The notes: generated by a model not told the origin, from the sequence alone. DNA of 64,000 nt from Octopus vulgaris (GCA_951406725.2 OX597826.1:13516001-13580000); one strand, 5' to 3'; positions 11,880 through 26,097 are shown, numbered from the stretch's first letter. A program made the numbers and translations.

Positions 11880-13930
11880 TCTTTATTGACCACAATGGCC
11901 ACAAACAAAACAAATAGGGACAATACAAAAACTTGGGACATGTGGAGTTCAAAACAAAATCGAGTAAACAATAAAATAACAATGACAACAATCCAATCAG
12001 ACAATAGAATTCCCCAAAAGGAGAAGGGAGTATCTCACGGGAACAACCGAGGAGCCCCACACATTCTGGTTATCCCGACCACCAGATGCACCTCAGCAGG
12101 CGCCTCTCTCCTTCTCAACTCCTCCGGTCTACAAACGAAAGTTTGGAGTAGGCCCAGACACATGGGCCATTCTCGCCACATGCACCCACCTTTCAACAAA
12201 ATTAATGGGGGCAAAACTTCCTTCTCTACCCTCATTTTCTTTTTCAAGTGGAACTTGAAAAGGTAGATGAAGGTTTTGCACCTCTGCCATCCGGGACCAT
12301 CGAACGGCTTTCGTCCACTTATGTCTTAGAGTACGCGCCCTAACTCTGACAACGCAGTCTTCGTGCTTGGCATTGGAGAATTGATCAAGAGCCAATCTCA
12401 CCGCTAGCAGTTCTACTCCTTAGCACTTAATATAGCTCCCTAACTAGTTCTCCCTCAATTCTACATTCCTCTAAGGCCAGTTCCTTACTAAATCCTACTG
12501 CCTCTACTCTAATAGCCCTTTTCAGGCCTATTCACCAAAGGCTGTTGACGATTGACCCCGCCAACGTCTGATAGACTAATTCGCTAACCCGGTTTTTGAA
12601 TGCTTGACGTGCCGAGGAAGATGCTTTCAGCTTCTAGTACTCGGGGCCCAGCCACTGGCTCGGGAATGAAATTTGCTTAGGGGGTGCAAACCCAGGTCCA
12701 AAAATATTTACAAACAAGGTCTTTTTTTTTGTTATTTTTGTGTTTTGTTCTTTGAGAAGGAACCTAACTTCAAGCTACTTTTTACACATCGCTTTTTATT
12801 TACCGTTTTCTAAACCCGAGGAAAATAAGTAGCGCTGCAAATTTTGATTCTGCACTCCGCAAAAATTCTAGGGGCTGTACTTGCACCACCTGCAACCCCT
12901 GTCCCGGGCCCATGGGCCCATGGGCCCAGCCTATGGATCCTATCTAGGTTGACTGTGTAGATCATAAATTTTGGTTTGTGTAGCCGACGACTTTGAACTG
13001 TATGCTATTTCTGTCTACTGGCCTACAGAAAATCCTGTCCAAATACGATCTGGAAGACCATGTGCTGTTTGCCCATGTCCACATTGTTGCATTCAGGAAG
13101 TCCAGTCGGTACTTGTCAGTCAATTGGAAACGACTGAGCAGATTTATGAGGCTTTCGCACCCTATCCAGTTGTGCATCCACAATAGCGTTCCAATCGCCC
13201 ACTAGAGCTAAAGAGCGCAATGCCCCAAGGAAAACACCCGAACGTCTGAAGAAATTTGCTCCGCCCCAGTTGGGGCGTATACAGCGACTTGTCTGAAAGC
13301 ATCACCTTCGCTGCTGCTCACATCCAGGACCACCAACTAACCTTCCGGGTCCAGGAAGATCGTCCGTACTTCTTTTTTGTTTCTGCCACCTCAGGGGGAT
13401 GGCATTACTGGCTTACGCCTTTTCCAGTTTTATTAACTTAACTGCCTCAGCTAGACTCATGTCTTTCTGAAGCAGATCTTTGCTTTTCGTTGCTTTCGAT
13501 GCGAATTTAGTCTGATTCATGTTGTCGTTCATTACGATGTTATTCGTTGTAGTGGTAGCCCTGGCGGAGTTGTCTGTGGTCTTCATACTGCTGGTATGAG
13601 CTGTCTTTTGAGTTGGAGTATTCCACTGAATTGGAGGTAATTCAGCTTCGTAATTTGTGATGTCGCTAAAGTTGTTCGTATCATTATTTTTTGAAGTGTG
13701 TGCGAGAATTTGAACCTGTTATGTGCTTGCCTCCCCTTCTATTGGCGGGTAGTAGGCAGAGAGCACTTCTGCGTCTTGCACCTCTCTATCTGAAACACCT
13801 CTCATCTTCTCTTCAACAAGGCTGCTTTCACCATGTTTATTTTCTTTTTAAATGAACATTTGAAACAATTATTTTGAGGTTACAAGCCCCAGTGGGGCAC
13901 TAACAACACAAAGCGACTCACCTAAGCAAA
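11880..13930 (-). mobile_element. Decayed, internally deleted L1/Tx1-like LINE
   Basis: 12960-13270 minus encodes APE motifs VGDWNAI, DKYRLD, WTWANS, SYLDRIF. 12130-12300 encodes a C-terminal-like FKFHLKKKMRVEKEVL / FVERWVHVARMA across frameshifts. Outer boundaries uncertain. Confidence 0.65.
12653..12922. mobile_element. hAT-like MITE nested in the Tx1-like LINE
   Basis: Imperfect TIRs cactggctcggg / cccgggcccatg. 8-bp direct repeat ggcccagc at 12645-12652 and 12923-12930, a hAT-length TSD. Confidence 0.55.
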
Positions 13931-14033
13931 TGTAGCGCTTCAGAAAAACGTTTGGAAACAAAATAAGCAATTAACAACTTTTGGAAACAAAGTTTTGGAG
14001 GAAAAACATGTGCATTCCGTCAGGACGACGACG

Positions 14034-14040
14034 AATAATA

Positions 14041-14073
<33 letters not shown>

Positions 14074-14147
14074 ATAATAATAATAACAATAATAATAATA
14101 ATAATAATAGCAATAATAATAACAACAACAATAATAATAATAATAAC

Positions 14148-14185
<38 letters not shown>

Positions 14186-14348
14186 CAACAACAACAACAG
14201 CAATAATAATAATAATAACAATAATAATAACAATAATAATAATAATAATAACAATAATAATAATAATAACAACAACAATAATAACAATAATAATAATAAT
14301 AACGATAACAATAATAATAATTATAATAATAATAATAATAATAATAAC

Positions 14349-14434
<86 letters not shown>

Positions 14435-14480
14435 TAATAATAATAATAAAAACAACAATAATAATAATAATAACGATAAC

Positions 14481-14524
<44 letters not shown>

Positions 14525-14573
14525 TAATAATAATAATAATAGCAATAATAATAATAATAATAATAACAACAAC

Positions 14574-14661
<88 letters not shown>

Positions 14662-14886
14662 TTAGTAATAACACTAACAACAACCACAACAATAGTAATA
14701 ATCCTTTCTACTGGAATCACAAGGCCTCAAATTTTGGGGAAGGGATTAATTCGATTACATCGATCCCAGTGCGTAACTGGTACTAATGTTATCGAACCCA
14801 AAATGATGAAGGGCAAATTCGACCTCGGCGGAATTTAAACTCAGAACGTAACGGCAGACGAAATACCGCTAAGCATTACGCTGCCT

Positions 14887-14953
<67 letters not shown>

Positions 14954-14976
14954 CAATAATAATAATAATAATAATG

Positions 14977-15055
<79 letters not shown>

Positions 15056-15060
15056 TATTG

Positions 15061-15121
<61 letters not shown>

Positions 15122-15130
15122 CAACAACAA
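14034..15130. repeat. Very long (AAT)n/(AAC)n microsatellite, interrupted by a SINE
   Basis: Directly visible. Confidence 0.95.
14703..14887 (-). mobile_element. SINE family C, short-tail variant
   Basis: Central domain plus ccccttccccaaaatt...gccttgtg tail. Similar decayed copies at about 4200-4390, 5935-6097, 18170-18535, 25255-25395, 40500-40665, 40855-41030, 44728-44880, 49228-49400 and 54405-54550. Confidence 0.75.
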
Positions 15131-15821
15131 CTTTTGATCTTCACCGATTAGAAATGTTATGTACATTGTTTTGTCTTGGTACAGCAAATATTCTGCTCAA
15201 TACCAGAGATTTGCTTGTCAGTTGATTTACCTTACCCAGTTGAGCATGTCCCTTGGGGCCTGACAACATTTGCATCTCTGATCACGAGTGGGAGAGGATC
15301 ATAGCTATGTGTTGAGTGAAATTCTTTGGGGCTTGAATAATTCACCGCTGGCAGGTAAAGTCGTTCTATATCTGCTTAGAGTGGTGCATTCTGTGCACTG
15401 TGAACAATTTTCGTATATTTCAGTCAAGTTTACATATTTCAATAATCGACCAGTTAATAATATTGAAACTGTAAGTCACGACCGGTATGGCTAAAGTATT
15501 GATCGTTTCTTGCATTCAGCTCTGTCTTGAGTATTGCCCTTACCCTACGATAACATTCTTTTCTGATCTTTTCCAACATTATTGATTCTGTGATTCTATC
15601 ACCTTAAAATACCCCTCGGTATTTATAGCTCTCCGCTGGTTCTAAATACTTTATGATATTCTGTTGGTCAAGGTTAACGTTAGATGTTTCTATCTTTTTC
15701 CCTCTGATAAAGGTAGCTTTTTGCAAATTTATCGAGGCCAAATTCCATCCGAATGTCATCAATGAACTGTTTAACAATTACTAGTAAGCCCTGTAGTTGC
15801 TGGTCATTTTTTGCAAAGAGC

Positions 15822-15823
<2 letters not shown>
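15130..15823 (-). mobile_element. R4/Dong-clade LINE fragment (RT region + probable 3' UTR)
   Basis: Minus-strand peptides KLFAKNDQQLQGLLVIVKQFIDDIRMEFGLDKFAK and INTLAIPVVTYSFNIINW. Flanked both sides by (TAA)n. Confidence 0.75.
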
Positions 15824-15875
<52 letters not shown>

Positions 15876-15884
15876 GTAGTTGTG

Positions 15885-15941
<57 letters not shown>

Positions 15942-16019
15942 TCATAAGTATTATTTTTCCGATTTATTTGCATTTTATTCTATCTTCCGACAGGGTCTCA
16001 TATATAAGGCGCGTATATA

Positions 16020-16915
16020 TTAGACGGAGAGAGACTTGCTGAGAACGTGGGCGGTTAATGTCAACACAGATTTCTGAGTCTGACAGATTATTGGTTTCAC
16101 AGGGATCTGATCAAAAACTTTGCGAGTACCTTTCTAGATCACTCGCAGATCTCTTACAATAACAGGAAGGGCTTTGGTTTTTTGTATTGCCACCTCTTAG
16201 ATATCTCAAACTTAACGTCCATATATTTCGACAGTTTTTCAAATTCCTTTGCTGTAGTGTTTCTAAAAGTAGGCACCGTCATATCAAGTAACAGGCATTT
16301 TTTTTTTGTCTTAGGTCTTTAATGACGATGTCTTGTTTGCCTGTTAGAATTTGCCTATTTATATGTATCCCATAATCATATAGAAGGGCAACATTCTCTC
16401 CCTCAGTGACTGGCTTTGGATAGTCCTAATACCAGTTCTTAGGGTGCGGGATATCATAGTGACGGCATATGCTCCAGTGCAAATATTGGCCGGCTCGACC
16501 ATGCCTGGTTTTATATTCTGTAGGAGCAAGGACTGAGCAACCAGCAACAATGCGGTCATCTCTAAAGTTTGTCATTGCAATGTCTACACTTTGTGTCTAC
16601 CTCATTGTGTATGAGGCAGTTCCGAGTGAGGAGATTCCGATCTTGTGCCGCTAGGATAAATGCATCTGTTTCGGCTTTCAAACCAACACTATACAATTAC
16701 TGAAGGGTTCTGCTCGCATGTACATCATCTTCTTCAGCTCCTTTAGAGTATTGCCCATGCAATGGTTTCTCTTGATATTTCCTTCAAGCTTGCTTGCTTG
16801 GCTTTTGTTTTACACTTTTTTGCTGCCTTACTGGGTGGTGTATCCTCTTTATCATCATCATAATCAGGAAGGTCAAGCTCTCATCTGTATGTACATACCT
16901 CCTTTGAGACTGTGG
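16020..16915 (-). mobile_element. R4/Dong-clade LINE fragment (zinc knuckle + restriction-like endonuclease)
   Basis: Decayed KCRHCNDK...IVAGCSVLAPTEYKTRH..AGQYLHWSICRHY, then DIVIKD...CLLLDMTVP...KEFEKLSKY. Multiple stops and frameshifts. Confidence 0.72.
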
Positions 16916-16919
16916 GTAG

Positions 16920-17049
16920 TTTCTTCTTCTTCTTCTTCTTCTTCTTCTTCTTCTTCTTCTTCTTCTTCTTCTTCTTCTTCTTCTTCTTCTTCTTCTTCTT
17001 CTTCTTCTTCTTCTTCTTCTTCTTCTTCTTCTTCTTCTTCTTCTTCATG

Positions 17050-17092
<43 letters not shown>
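16920..17092. repeat. (TTC)n(ATT)n microsatellite
   Basis: Directly visible. Confidence 0.95.
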
Positions 17093-17097
<5 letters not shown>

Positions 17098-17144
17098 GTA
17101 TATATATATGTAAATATATACGTGTGTGTGTATGCTTGTATATG

Positions 17145-17182
<38 letters not shown>

Positions 17183-17286
17183 TGCATACATATCGATTTG
17201 TCTGTCCTTCTCTCTCACTCTCTCTTCCCCTCTCGCTTTCCACACACACACATACTCACGCACAGTCTCTCTCTCTCTTTCTCTCA

Positions 17287-17333
<47 letters not shown>

Positions 17334-19179
17334 ACACACATATATATATATCCGACCCGCTTAGATAAGGGTTTTTTTTCTACAAGCTGAGAAATTTACA
17401 GTTTCTTTCTTTTCACAGATGTTTTAGGAGTCAGAAATTGTAAAATACGTAACAAAATGCTTCGCCGTTAACCACTGTGAGCAGCAGGACCCTATGTAGC
17501 TGAAACGTTTTTATCTTAAGGATTTTATCTTAAGGTACAGTAGTGTAATTAAAATATATGACTAGATTTATTGCCCTTCAAAGTCTTCAGTTGTGCCCCG
17601 ATTATGCCAGCATGAGGCGCGCACATATTGCTATGTGCAATACCATTTAACCAGTTATTGCTTAACCCCAGGTCAGCTCTGATAGAGCAAAACTTAGTTC
17701 AAATGTGTGGTACCATTGAGGGTCCCACCATTTTCTATATCATGAGCTACGTTGCCCATCGTATCGTTGCGTGAGATAATAAGTTGTAATTTCAAGGATA
17801 TTAGGTTATTATTTGTAACAGGATAACTCACTTCATAGATAATCTTGTGTCTGGCTTGTTTTGATATGCTTCCGTATTTAATAGTTATCTTTAGTATAGC
17901 ACTGTATTATCCATAAGTCTTCTATATGTCCTAACTCTATCGATACAGGGGTTACCATAAGCTAGTCAATATAACATTATATTACACTCACTCAAAATGT
18001 GTTATACGCAATATATGGACGTCGTTTGCGCCACGTGAAATTTGAGGCAGTGGAGATAGACAGTTTGTATTTTCAAACTTTCACGGTGTACTTCTCCGCA
18101 ATTGGAACACGAATACAGATTTTAATATAATTCTTTTTGATTTTGGAACAAGACCAATCCTTTCTCATTTTTGGCAATTTTGCGGGGGGAAGAAGTCGAC
18201 TGATACTTATTTTCACAGCCTTGAAAGGATGAAAAGCAAAGTCGAATTCGGCAACATTTCAGGTGAGAACGTAAATAACCGAATGCAAAGCTGGTACGTA
18301 TTTTGTCCAGTGCGGTAACTAATCTACCAACTCCTTGTCTTTGTTTTGGTATTAATATGAATGTTAGAGTTTCGTCCGTTTTTATGTTCAGAGTTCAAAT
18401 TCCTCCGATATCGACTTTGCTTTTCATCCTTTCGGAGTCGAAAAAAAATAATTACCAGTTGAGCACTAGGGTTGATGTAATCGACATACTCCACCCCTAA
18501 AATTGCTAGTTTTGAGCCAAAAAATTTGAAATCAACATAAATTTTGTAGTTATAATGGTTGGTCGTGTGGCCAAGACGTTAGATTCGCAGCTACAGCGTT
18601 TCTGGTTCAATCACATTGCATGGCACCTTGACCAATAGTCTTCTAACTTTGACTTGGCTCGACCAATAATTTGGGAAAGAAATTTGGCAGGCAGAAACTG
18701 TATGGAAGCTTAAGGAGGGACCGTCCCTATTCTTGAGTACTTGGCGTAATTCATTGCCCGGATTAACGCCAATGCTTGGTTCACGCGTGCATTCAGTAAA
18801 TTTCACTCTGCAGTAAACATTGAGATCAGGTCCGTGATTTGAGAATAACTTCCTCTCTTTTTACCACCAGTCTTGGAAAGAGTCATAGAAGCTACTCTTC
18901 CGCCATTGACTAAACTATTAAAAATCCCAATATGCAAGGTAATAATCTCAAACATTGATTTCGCCATTCCGTTCTGTAGAATGTACATTTATTACACCAA
19001 TCATAATACGCTTCAATTATCCCTAATTGAGCTTTGTACTGAACACGGCACGGCCGAATGATTAAGATGTTGACTTTTCAGTCACGAGGTTCTAGGTTCA
19101 AATCCCACGACGTTGCATCGTGGGTAGTTCACGTTTACCATAAGTTCGAGCAGGCAGAAAATGTTTGGAAGCCAGTCAG

Positions 19180-19745
19180 ATAAGGTGTATCTTTAAATCA
19201 AAGCTCCATTCTTGTCATGCAGTCCGCCTCGCTGACCCTACCCGACAATTGGTTTAAGATGTGCATGCAGATGTGAGGGGAAATCGTCGAATCACCATCC
19301 GTGAGTTGTCAGAGGAAGTACAGATTAATTACGGTTCAGTTCAGTCCATTTTCATTGAAGATTTATATATGAGACGCGTGTCTGCCAAGTTCATGCTTTC
19401 AGCTGACCAAGAAGACACTCGGGTTTCAGTTGCACAAGATCTTTGTTGTGTAGAGAACGATGAAACCTTTTTGAAAACTTTGCGTAGGTTTCTGAACAGG
19501 TATCGCCAAGTTTTTGGTAAAATTTGATGCAGATTCTCTGCTCAACTTTTCTTGTCATGGTCAATGCAACGATCGCATGCTACACACCTTCCTTCCAGGT
19601 ACTGCTGTTAACAGTGAGCTAGAACGTCAAAACTCAGTGCACGTGCATATTAAAGTTCAAGGTCAATTTGTATCAAGCGACTTTACCCTGCGTGCTTTAT
19701 CTTCGATACTATGGCAACAGTCCGGATATTTATTAATCAGTGATC
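19180..19745 (+). mobile_element. Internally deleted mariner element
   Basis: 19261-19480 encodes VRGNRRITIRELSEEVQINYGSVQSIFIEDLYMRRVSAKF, a mariner transposase HTH/linker region. The remainder looks like an inverted terminal segment. Confidence 0.75.
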
Positions 19746-19747
19746 AT

Positions 19748-20150
19748 TACTCATTTACTTGTTTCAGTCATTTGACTGTGGCCATGCTGGAGCACCATCT
19801 TTAGTCGAGCAAATCGACGCCAGGACTTATTCTTTGTAAGCCTAGTACTTATTCTATCGGTCTCTTTTGCCGAACCGATAAGTTACGGAGACGTAAACAC
19901 ACTAACATCGGTTGTCAAGGGATGTTGGGAGGACAAACACAGACACGCAACCACATACACACACATACATATATATACATATATGCGACAGGCTTTTTTT
20001 AGTTTCTGTCTACTAAATCCACTCACAAGGCTTTGGTCGGCCCGAGGCTATAGTAGAAGACACTTGCCCAAGGTGCCACGTAGTGGGACTGAACCCTGAA
20101 CCATGTGGTCGGTAAGCAAGCTACTTACCACACAGCCACTCCTACGCCTT
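19748..20150 (-). mobile_element. SINE family A, full length
   Basis: Reverse-complement match to 39373-39772. Confidence 0.88.
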
Positions 20151-20489
20151 GTACTTGACTAGTATTTTAATTTATCAATCCTGGAAGGACGAAAAGTAAA
20201 CTTGATATACAAATGATGAGTTGGTTTCGAGAGAAACAAAGTTCCATCGAGGAATTCAGATAACAGCAGAAAAAAAAAAGTTACAGGCTTAGTTTTAAAA
20301 AAATCTTTGCCCCCATTCTCTCTTCCGCTTATGAACATAATTTATTTAGTATGAGTGAGCTGATGAGATTTCTTTTTGTTTTTGTCTTTTATTTATTTAT
20401 AAGAACGAATTTAAATTATAATCTGAGGAAAGAGGATGTAGGACAGTATGTGTTTATATATATATATATATATTTATGTATGCTGTTAC

Positions 20490-20793
20490 TGCTTGTTCCT
20501 TCTTGAACCATGCCTGGCTCATCAGGGCCGGTTTCCCGGTTTCTTTGGCGTATAGGTTCCCCACGTGGACGGGATACCGGTTTGTCGCAGGTGACCTGCC
20601 AGATGCAGGAGGAAAAAGTGAGAGAAAATTGTGGCGTAAGAGTCAGCAGAAGTTCGCCATTACCTTCTGCCGGTGCTGCGTGGAGCTTAGGTGTTTCGCT
20701 CATAAACACACACACATCGCCCGGTCCGAGATTCGAACTTGCGATCCCTCAGCCGCGAATCCTGTGCGCTAACCACTAGGTGATGTGCCTCCA
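20490..20793 (-). mobile_element. SINE family B, tail type 2
   Basis: Matches 48212-48514. Confidence 0.85.
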
Positions 20794-20901
20794 CACACAA
20801 ACATGACAAAGATCCATTCAATAGCACGATTCAGTCAGTAGCAAACAGGCTTTGTTTCTTTCCTCACCCTTTCCTACCTATGCCAGAAGCACAATTACTA
20901 C

Positions 20902-21150
20902 CAGTGGTTCTCAACAAAATTTTGGGCTGAACACCCTCATTCACCGAATCGGATTTTATACAAACTTATTTCGAGGAAAGGTTTATAATCTGAATTTTGC
21001 TATGTTATCCATCCGGCATGTCTTCTCATTAGATATTTGCGTGGATTGCAGCCAATTATTTTTGGGAAAATTATTGAAGTGAGGTTGTATATGATGAAAG
21101 CATATATATACAGCATCAGTCACGCCTCACTAATAACATAAAGCCGTAAT
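20902..21150. mobile_element. hAT-like MITE fragment (one terminus)
   Basis: Begins cagtggttctcaac, a typical hAT-Charlie end. Other end not recognised. Confidence 0.4.
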
Positions 21151-21240
21151 CTCTCCTCATCTCTGCAATATTTTTGCTTTTGAAAATGTGTTTTAAAATG
21201 TAGTTAAAATATAGTTATTATAAGCTGTTTATATATTTTA

Positions 21241-21628
21241 CTAGCAGTATCGCCCGGCGTTGCTCAGGTTTGTAAGGGAAATAACTATAAAGCATTTTTA
21301 GAGAGTTATAGCCAAAAAATAGCAAAAAAATGGAAAAAAAATTATGGTAAATTTTTTTTTGAGAGTAAAAAAAGGTTGAGTTGCGTCCCCTAGACAGTCT
21401 GTGGTTTGTTTTTTTTGATTCTCGACCCCATGTCGAATTTATCGATTTTTTTTCAGAACTGGGGGAACTTTTCAAAATTTTCGCTGCGTTAGTTTTGAAT
21501 TATGACATTGGGCTATGTGTGTGTCAAGTTTCATCAGAATCGGTTGAAAGCCGTGGTCAGGGTGAGGGTACGAGAAAACAGACACACAGAAACACGCACA
21601 GACAAAATGCCGTTTATATATAGAGAGA
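21241..21628 (-). mobile_element. Non-autonomous Helitron-type element
   Basis: Minus strand starts TC, ends CTAG, inserted between A and T with no TSD. GC-rich imperfect hairpin (cctgagcaacgccggg) lies about 10 nt before the 3' CTAG. Confidence 0.7.
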
Positions 21629-22212
21629 TTTCTAACAAAAATTGCGATTACTCAAAACATACAGCGCTCCCTTTAATGACGTCCTGAGAACTTTAAATGA
21701 TCCCAAAGGATGCTTGCTCGAAACTATCGACTGACATTTCTACTCGGATACACCACACATAACTAATTCTCCTTTTTAGGTCACTACGACTTATAAGATA
21801 AAGGTTTGTCCCATGCGTTGGTCCACAATTCGAGGAGAGGTTTGTGACTGCCTTCCGGGGCACTTTCTGAAAAGCCCCTTGATTTTGAAAGGATTCTCTA
21901 CCACAGTCTCCAGGATTATAAAAGCTGTGTTGTACTCCCTTGTCATATTTCTCCAAGGACCCCTTTTCTTCACTCCTAAAGTGTTACATCTTACAATCTT
22001 GTTTAAACAAGCTATGTAAATGCTTCTCCTTAGAAGTATTGTCCTCTCAAATCTCCTCACCTTTCATATAGATTTTGATCTACTAAGTTCTGAACAAGCG
22101 TTACTCATATCAGTCTCACGAGTTAACGAAGACATGTATAGGCTATGAACGCTACTCCTTTTCCTCCTTCCACGCCATTCAATGCAACACATCAGCGTGG
22201 CGTTGCTGCTGC

Positions 22213-22598
22213 TGTTTGTTTATTTGTTTGTTTGTTTGTTGAGCGAAGCGGTCTTCGTCCCAGAATGGGAGAAGTCCGAAACGTGGTCCTTTGCTATTCG
22301 TAAGACCCGCAGAAGAGAAAGCAGGTCAACTCCCGACACCGAGAGCATCGACGAATGGATGAATGCGCATCCAGGCTCAGCGGTTGCGTAGGAAGTCGGG
22401 GACGAGAAACAGGAAGAAAGAGAGAGAGAAAGTTGGAGCGAAAGTGTACAACAGGGGTCGCCACCACCCCCTGCCGGAGCCTCGTGGAGCTTTAGGTGTT
22501 TTCACTCAATAAACACACACAACGCCCGGTATAGGAATCGAAACCGCGATCCTCCGACCGCGAGTCCGCTGCCCTAACCATTGGGCCATTGCGCCTCC
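22213..22598 (-). mobile_element. SINE family B, tail type 3
   Basis: Tail ends ctgggacgaagaccgcttcgctc(aaac)n. Confidence 0.87.
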
Positions 22599-22701
22599 TG
22601 CTGTTGTTGCTGTTGCTGTTGCTGTTGCTGTTTAGACCCAGGGCAACTCTAACTCGATGGAACCGCAATCAAAAACATTCCAGTTGCCACCATTCAGACG
22701 T

Positions 22702-23112
22702 CTACTCTTTTTACTCTTTTACTTGTTTCAGTCATATTTGACTGCGGCCATGCTGAAGCACCGCCTTTAGTCGGGCAAATCGACCCCCAGGACTTATTCT
22801 TTGCAAGCCTAGTACTTATTCTATCGGTCTCTTTTGTCGAAGCGTTAAGTTACGGCGACGTAAACACACCAGCATCGGTTGTCAAGGGATGTTGGGGGGA
22901 CAAACACAGACACACAAACATATACACACACATACATATATACATATATATATATACGACGGGCTTCTTTCAGTTTCCGTCTACCAAATCCACCTACAAG
23001 GCTTTGGTCGGCCCGTGGCTATAGTAGAAGACACTTGCCCAAGGTGCCACGTAGTGGGACTGAACCCGAAACCTTGTGGTTCGTAAGCAAGCTACTTACC
23101 ACACAGCCACTC
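22702..23112 (-). mobile_element. SINE family A, full length
   Basis: Reverse-complement match to 39373-39772. Confidence 0.88.
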
Positions 23113-24786
23113 CACAACTATTATATCAAGGACGGTGTTCCGTATGACCATACTTATTTCAAAATAGGAGGATGTGATATGATGGCAGCTTGGTTGTTAT
23201 TTCTAGTAAGCCGATCGATCATGTGGATAGTCTCACGTTGGCACTCACATCAACATGCAGTAAGCAGTTGTGAGATTAAGTCTTGTACATTTTGTCAGAA
23301 ATGATTCATCTTAATTTTTTTTCTTTAGTTTTCGCTAAAAGAGCACGAGAGTGTGTGCGTATGTAAGTATACGTACATGCATACGTGTGCGAGCGCGTGT
23401 GTGTGTGTATATTTAAGTACGTATGTATATTTTTGTTTTTGGTTTATTCTACTGCAAGCATTCTTATAATCAGAAGACTCAGAAAAAAGATACTTGATAC
23501 GAAGTGCAGCAATATATTTTATAAATATCACTTGTACTACTGTATAACTATTCCATTCCCAAACACCAACCCATCTCATACACACACCTTGCTCCAGAGT
23601 TTGACATGAGTAAAAATATTGCATCAAAACAACAAACGTAAACATAGATATAAACAAAAAAAATTCTTGCAAGAATCCAAAAGAAAACCGCAAAAGAAAC
23701 AAACAGCAGATATGTACATACTAATATAGACATATACCTGTAATTAGAGAGAAAAGAAAATGAAAAACATTCACGTAAATATTCACACAGATAAATTAAC
23801 ACATACAGACATATAAAAAGTATAAAAGTACATCAGTGTAAAGAGAAAAAATTACACGTAGAGATATTTTCATACATGAAACAGCCATTTTAACTTACAG
23901 GCACACAATAGATACTAATGAAACAAGTCACATTTAAACGCATATTCATATAACGAATGCATGAATGCTGATGCGTAAAAGCAATAGAACCTATTCGTAT
24001 ATAATAGTACAAACGTACACATACGTGCGCACACATAGAAAGAGGCATCATTAAAATTAGGTAAAATACTAAATAAAACAGGCGCACAAACACACTGACT
24101 CGTATAACGAAGAATAGCTAATCATACTACCTTTATTTCGCACGTATGCATTTGACTGGTGTAATTTTACAGATAATGAAGAGCGAGTGCATATAATCTT
24201 ACTTAGAAGTATATTCTTGCACGCTTGTAAAATGCTACAAATATTTATTGGGTATTGCAATGGGGGAGATGTTATCTTATTAAGGGTATCTTATAAGCAC
24301 TCCAGGGTATGCTGCTATAAAGCTGTTCAGTGTTTTGTTTTTCTTTTTGTTTTCTCTATAGTGCTTTTAGATTTTTTGTTTCATTTTATTTTCAGTTAAA
24401 ACAGACATACAGTTATTGCCAAATTTGAGAAAGAAACAAAAATAAACGCACTTCTATGGTGCAATCGTTTACCAACTTTCTCCAGCCTTTGCTTATCGAC
24501 ATAATGTCACGTGTCTCTTCGTCCCATTCTTTCTCTCACTCTCCTTCTCTCTCCCTCTTTCTCTCACCCTCTCTCTCTCATTCTCTCATTCTCTCACTCT
24601 CTCACATCTATTGCTAGCGTACCCTTAATTTCTCCACCAACATCCTCAGGTCACCTAGTAATCACTATGCCCATGCCCTCCACCCCAGAACATCGGTTTG
24701 CTAGAATTCGCTCCCTAGGCATGTTTTATTTCCTGCAATCGTTCAGAGACGAACGCTAACCACATTAATCATATCGGCTTCAGATA

Positions 24787-25121
24787 TACTCTCTTTACTT
24801 GTTTCAGTCATTTGACTGCGGCCATGCAGGAGCACTGCCTTTAGTCGAGCAAATCGACCCCGGAACTTATTCTTTGTAAGCCCAGTACTTATTCTATCGG
24901 TTCTTTTGCCGAGCCGCTAAGTGACGGGGACGTAAACACACCAGCATCGCTTGTCAAGCAATGGTAGGGGGACAAACACAGACACACAAATCCACTCACA
25001 AGACTTTGGTCGGCCCGAGGCTATAGTAGAAGACACTTGCCCAAGATGCCACGCAATGGGACTGAACCCGGAACCATGTGGTTGGTAAGCAAGCTACTTA
25101 CCACACAGCCACTCCTGCGCC
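24787..25121 (-). mobile_element. SINE family A with internal microsatellite deleted
   Basis: Junction gacacacaaa|tccactcacaa joins two caaa microhomologies. Confidence 0.85.
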
Positions 25122-25574
25122 TTGTTAAAACTTTAGGCATAGCCCCTTCTCTCAGGCCAAATCAAAAAATGAAAATAGCAGTGATTGTAGGTCGTTTTGG
25201 ATCTCAAATTGGTGCTTACAAAAGTTACAATGATTAATTTTTTTTCCTTTTACGGTAAGTTCGCCAAGGTGACTTTGTCTTTCATCTTTTCGCTGTTGAA
25301 CCCTGAATTGATGAATTCAGTTGAAACATGAATTGATGTGATCAACTTACTTCCTCTCCCAAAATTGCTGGCATTGTGCCAAAATTTAAAACCATTAATT
25401 TTGCGGAAAGTTTATTTTTCTATTGCTTGATAATACATGCATATATCATTTCGTTTGTTTATCAGTGGTTACCGAAACAAATACAATCGCATAGTTGAAA
25501 TACATTATTACAAGTGCCGTGCTAAGTTAAATTTCGCTGAAAGACATCGCAGCACCTTTTTCTATAACCAATTA

Positions 25575-26097
25575 CCGTAAATCCTCGAGTATAGTCCGCC
25601 CTTGAGTATAATACGTAGGTGATTTTTAGGGGGCTGTAACGTTGAAAAACCTAAACCTTGTGTATAATACGCACCCCTTCTCTAACTTGAGTCAAGGAGG
25701 TCTATATAATGGCCTTGGTTTGTAAAAATGTATACGGTAACGTCCTTTATTATTATTGTATATATAACATAATGCAAACGTGTAACTTTTTTGTGCATTT
25801 TGTTTGCAGAAAATAAAGAAATAACAGTAATAACAGTAATAACGTTTAATAAATGTTGCTTACTGCAAGTTATGGATGATTCTTTTATGACTTCATTGCT
25901 TTCAGGCTTAGCTTGATGTATTTTCGTGCCCGACATCACAAAATGCGTTCGCATAAACATTGCCAGACAGCAAATAGAGACTTTGCTTAGAAAATAATTT
26001 TCATTTTTAACCTCGTGTATAATACGCACTAGGGATTTTGACATTTAAATTTTTTTTTGGGGGGGGGGAAATGCGGATTATACTCGAGGATTTACGG
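25575..26097. mobile_element. Tc1/mariner-superfamily (pogo/Tc2-like) MITE
   Basis: TIRs ccgtaaatcctcgagtatagtccgc / gcggattatactcgaggatttacgg. TA on the left flank. Internal subterminal repeats gtataatacg. Confidence 0.82.

Noticed and set aside
13971-14838. 250-285 aa poly-Ile/poly-Asn ORFs
   Set aside because: Translations of an (AAT)n microsatellite.
17400-17520. Strong acceptor-like tttctttcttttcacag with a short frame, and a ctgtgag...gaaacgtt hammerhead-like string
   Set aside because: Only about 17 codons with no homology. The hammerhead core lacks a base and has no stem I.
21693-22180. Possible decayed retroelement coding sequence (also 50600-51100)
   Set aside because: No motif recognisable with enough confidence to classify.
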